From the NCBI RefSeq assembly GCF_018350175.1, contig NC_058368.1, forward strand, positions 117,616,001 to 117,680,000: DNA of 64,000 bases, in the 5' to 3' direction. This DNA comes from Felis catus (taxonomy: Eukaryota). Below are positions 62,149 through 64,000 of this stretch, in pieces. The position numbers and the translations under genes are program-made. Below the pieces are notes generated by a model, which was given only the letters and a program-made list of their open reading frames with translations, had not been told where the DNA came from and searched no databases. How positions within the stretch are numbered: the first letter of the stretch is position 1; the number at the start of each line of letters is the position of its first letter.

Positions 62149-63375
62149 GTTAGTTAATAATACTCTCTTAAGCAGATTTTTCTACATAAAAGTTATTCTC
62201 GATTTCTTAGTGTACCCTAAATTATTTACCATCTTGTGTTTATAGGCATTGGTGATAGATGGTAGTATTACAGATTTAATGCATGTTCCTGTTTTAATTG
62301 AAAATTGGACTGAGGGTGCATAGTTTTCAATTTGATTTGCCTTTTGACCACTGAATTGGGATATTATCCTGCATATTTCATGCATCCTAATCTTCTAACT
62401 AGCAGTTTATCAGCTATGAGTCATTAGTTGTTAAACAGGAATAATAAAAGAGAAAATGACATCATGTACATGAAAACGCTTGGAAAGTTTTAAAGTACCG
62501 TGGTGGTTGTCAATACTATTTGGTTTCCAGAATCATTTCAACTACCATAAGCCTGTGACGTGCTGTTACTCTGTGACCTTTTGCTTCAGAAAAAAAACAC
62601 ACACAAAAATAAAAAATTGCTGCTTTTGATACAGACGTTCACGGAAGACTTTGATGCACACTTTCTCAAAATGTTTCTACTATAAAGACATTGAGTAAAG
62701 AAAGTACGTGTAATAATCTAAAATGAAACTTTGTGAGAGTGTTGTGTGCTGTATCTTGCCCTCGAGCCTGAGATCGTTGTGTTGGCACAAATTCTCCCAA
62801 CTATGATTCATGGGAAGTTGGCACATGCTGGTCTAAGTAGGTCATAGCTCTTGGATAGAAATAAAAATCCTTTTCTCTAGATAGTGTCTTTAATCATCTA
62901 CTGTAAAACAACAACAAAAGAAAACATTGTGTATTACTTATTAGTGTTAGGAATTGTACTCACAAGTATGTACAAGAGTAAGTTATGTGTCTTCCTTAGA
63001 AATGTCATGGTGCTTAGTAGATTTTTCAGGGGTTTATAAGATTTTTTTTTCTTTTTTTTAAAGGTGGTGGCTATGAAGTTATAATTAGGAAATAGAAGGT
63101 GCTTTGGGGGAGGGTTTTTATCCCCTCAGCGAAAGCGTTAGTCTTTCTTGAGCACCTGCTCAATAGTAATGGACACTCAAGTGTTGACCGACTGATTCTT
63201 TCTAATTTTTGTTTTTGGTTCAGGCAATTCAAATGAGTGTCTCCAGAATAGTGGCTTTGAATACACCATTTGCTTTCTGCCTCCACTTGTGCTGAACTTT
63301 GAACTGCCACCAGATTATCCATCCTCCTCCCCACCTTCATTCACACTTAGTGGCAAATGGCTGTCACCAACTCAG
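61995..63375 (+). CDS. RNF14: E3 ubiquitin ligase RNF14 (ARA54; RBR family), N-terminal RWD domain; partial, continues beyond the window
   Basis: Coding exons 61995-62148 (MSSEDREAQEDELLALASIYDGDEF...NFKIFVS) and 63224-63375 (GNSNECLQNSGFEYTICFLPPLVLNFELPPDYPSSSPPSFTLSGKWLSPTQ) with the RWD YPxxxP motif; GT-AG, in phase. Confidence 0.95.
63224..63375 (+). CDS. RNF14: RNF14 second coding exon
   Basis: ttcag|GC...CAG|gttag. Confidence 0.94.
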
Positions 63376-64000
63376 GTTAGACCCGAAACTTAATTTCTCC
63401 TATCCATTTTTAGAAAGTTAAAAAATCATCTTTAATTAAAGACAACTACCTTGATGATCTTGAATTCAGTGCATGAAGAACAAATGGCTTTGATTTTGTA
63501 ATTTTTTCCCCTTGCCTTCATGAAACCTAATGTTAATGAATTGAAAGTGGTGTTTTAGAAAGGAACGGCAGTAATTAGGATGACTGATCATTGTGAATTG
63601 CAGTATGTGTAATTTTTAATCAAGTATATATATTTTTTCTTGTCTTGCTATTTTTCCCATCTAATCTGTATTGTAATAGAGACTATAAGGTCCTTCTCGT
63701 TTTCCTTAGATGTTGGTATGCCTTTTTTTTCTTAGTTTCTTATCCATTCCTTAAATTAAAGATTTAACTGTAATTAGGAGGGCTAAAGTTGTGCTGATGT
63801 AGTTACAATAAACAAATTAGCTACGTAAACAGAATAAGTGCTTTTATTTTTAGAGATCTGTATGTTAATAACAAATAATTGTTGACTGGTCTCACATGGA
63901 TGTTAATACACACAACTAGAAATGTGTATGTATCTCCTGTGTCACGAAGACGTCTCCTATCTCTTCCTGTACCTTCTATCTCACGAAGGTTTGAGACCTT

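Overview
Mammalian genomic DNA. The dense carnivore tRNA-derived CanSINEs of the SINEC_Fc type point to a cat or another felid. The window holds the conserved DELE1 - PCDH12 - RNF14 cluster. (1) DELE1/KIAA0141 on +: complete, 12 coding exons, 14708-27339, about 518 aa, CpG-island promoter. (2) PCDH12 on -: complete, 4 coding exons, 46709-33756, about 1205 aa, convergent with DELE1. (3) RNF14 on +: 5' part only (CpG island about 57.0-57.8 kb, a likely non-coding exon at 59618-59793, first two coding exons). The rest is mostly SINEC, MIR/L2, old L1, LTR and hAT relics. I see no evidence of a wholly new gene or system. The most interesting signals are gene-architecture details: an out-of-frame uORF overlapping the DELE1 start, a probably shifted DELE1 exon-11 donor, a candidate 3'UTR intron starting 1 nt after the DELE1 stop, a probable stop-loss extension of PCDH12, a uORF-packed RNF14 5'UTR exon, an orphan CpG island with a minus-strand donor, and a PBX-HOX/MEIS/CDX motif cluster upstream of PCDH12. 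Comparisons with human proteins come from my recollection and need checking by alignment. Repeat boundaries are approximate.
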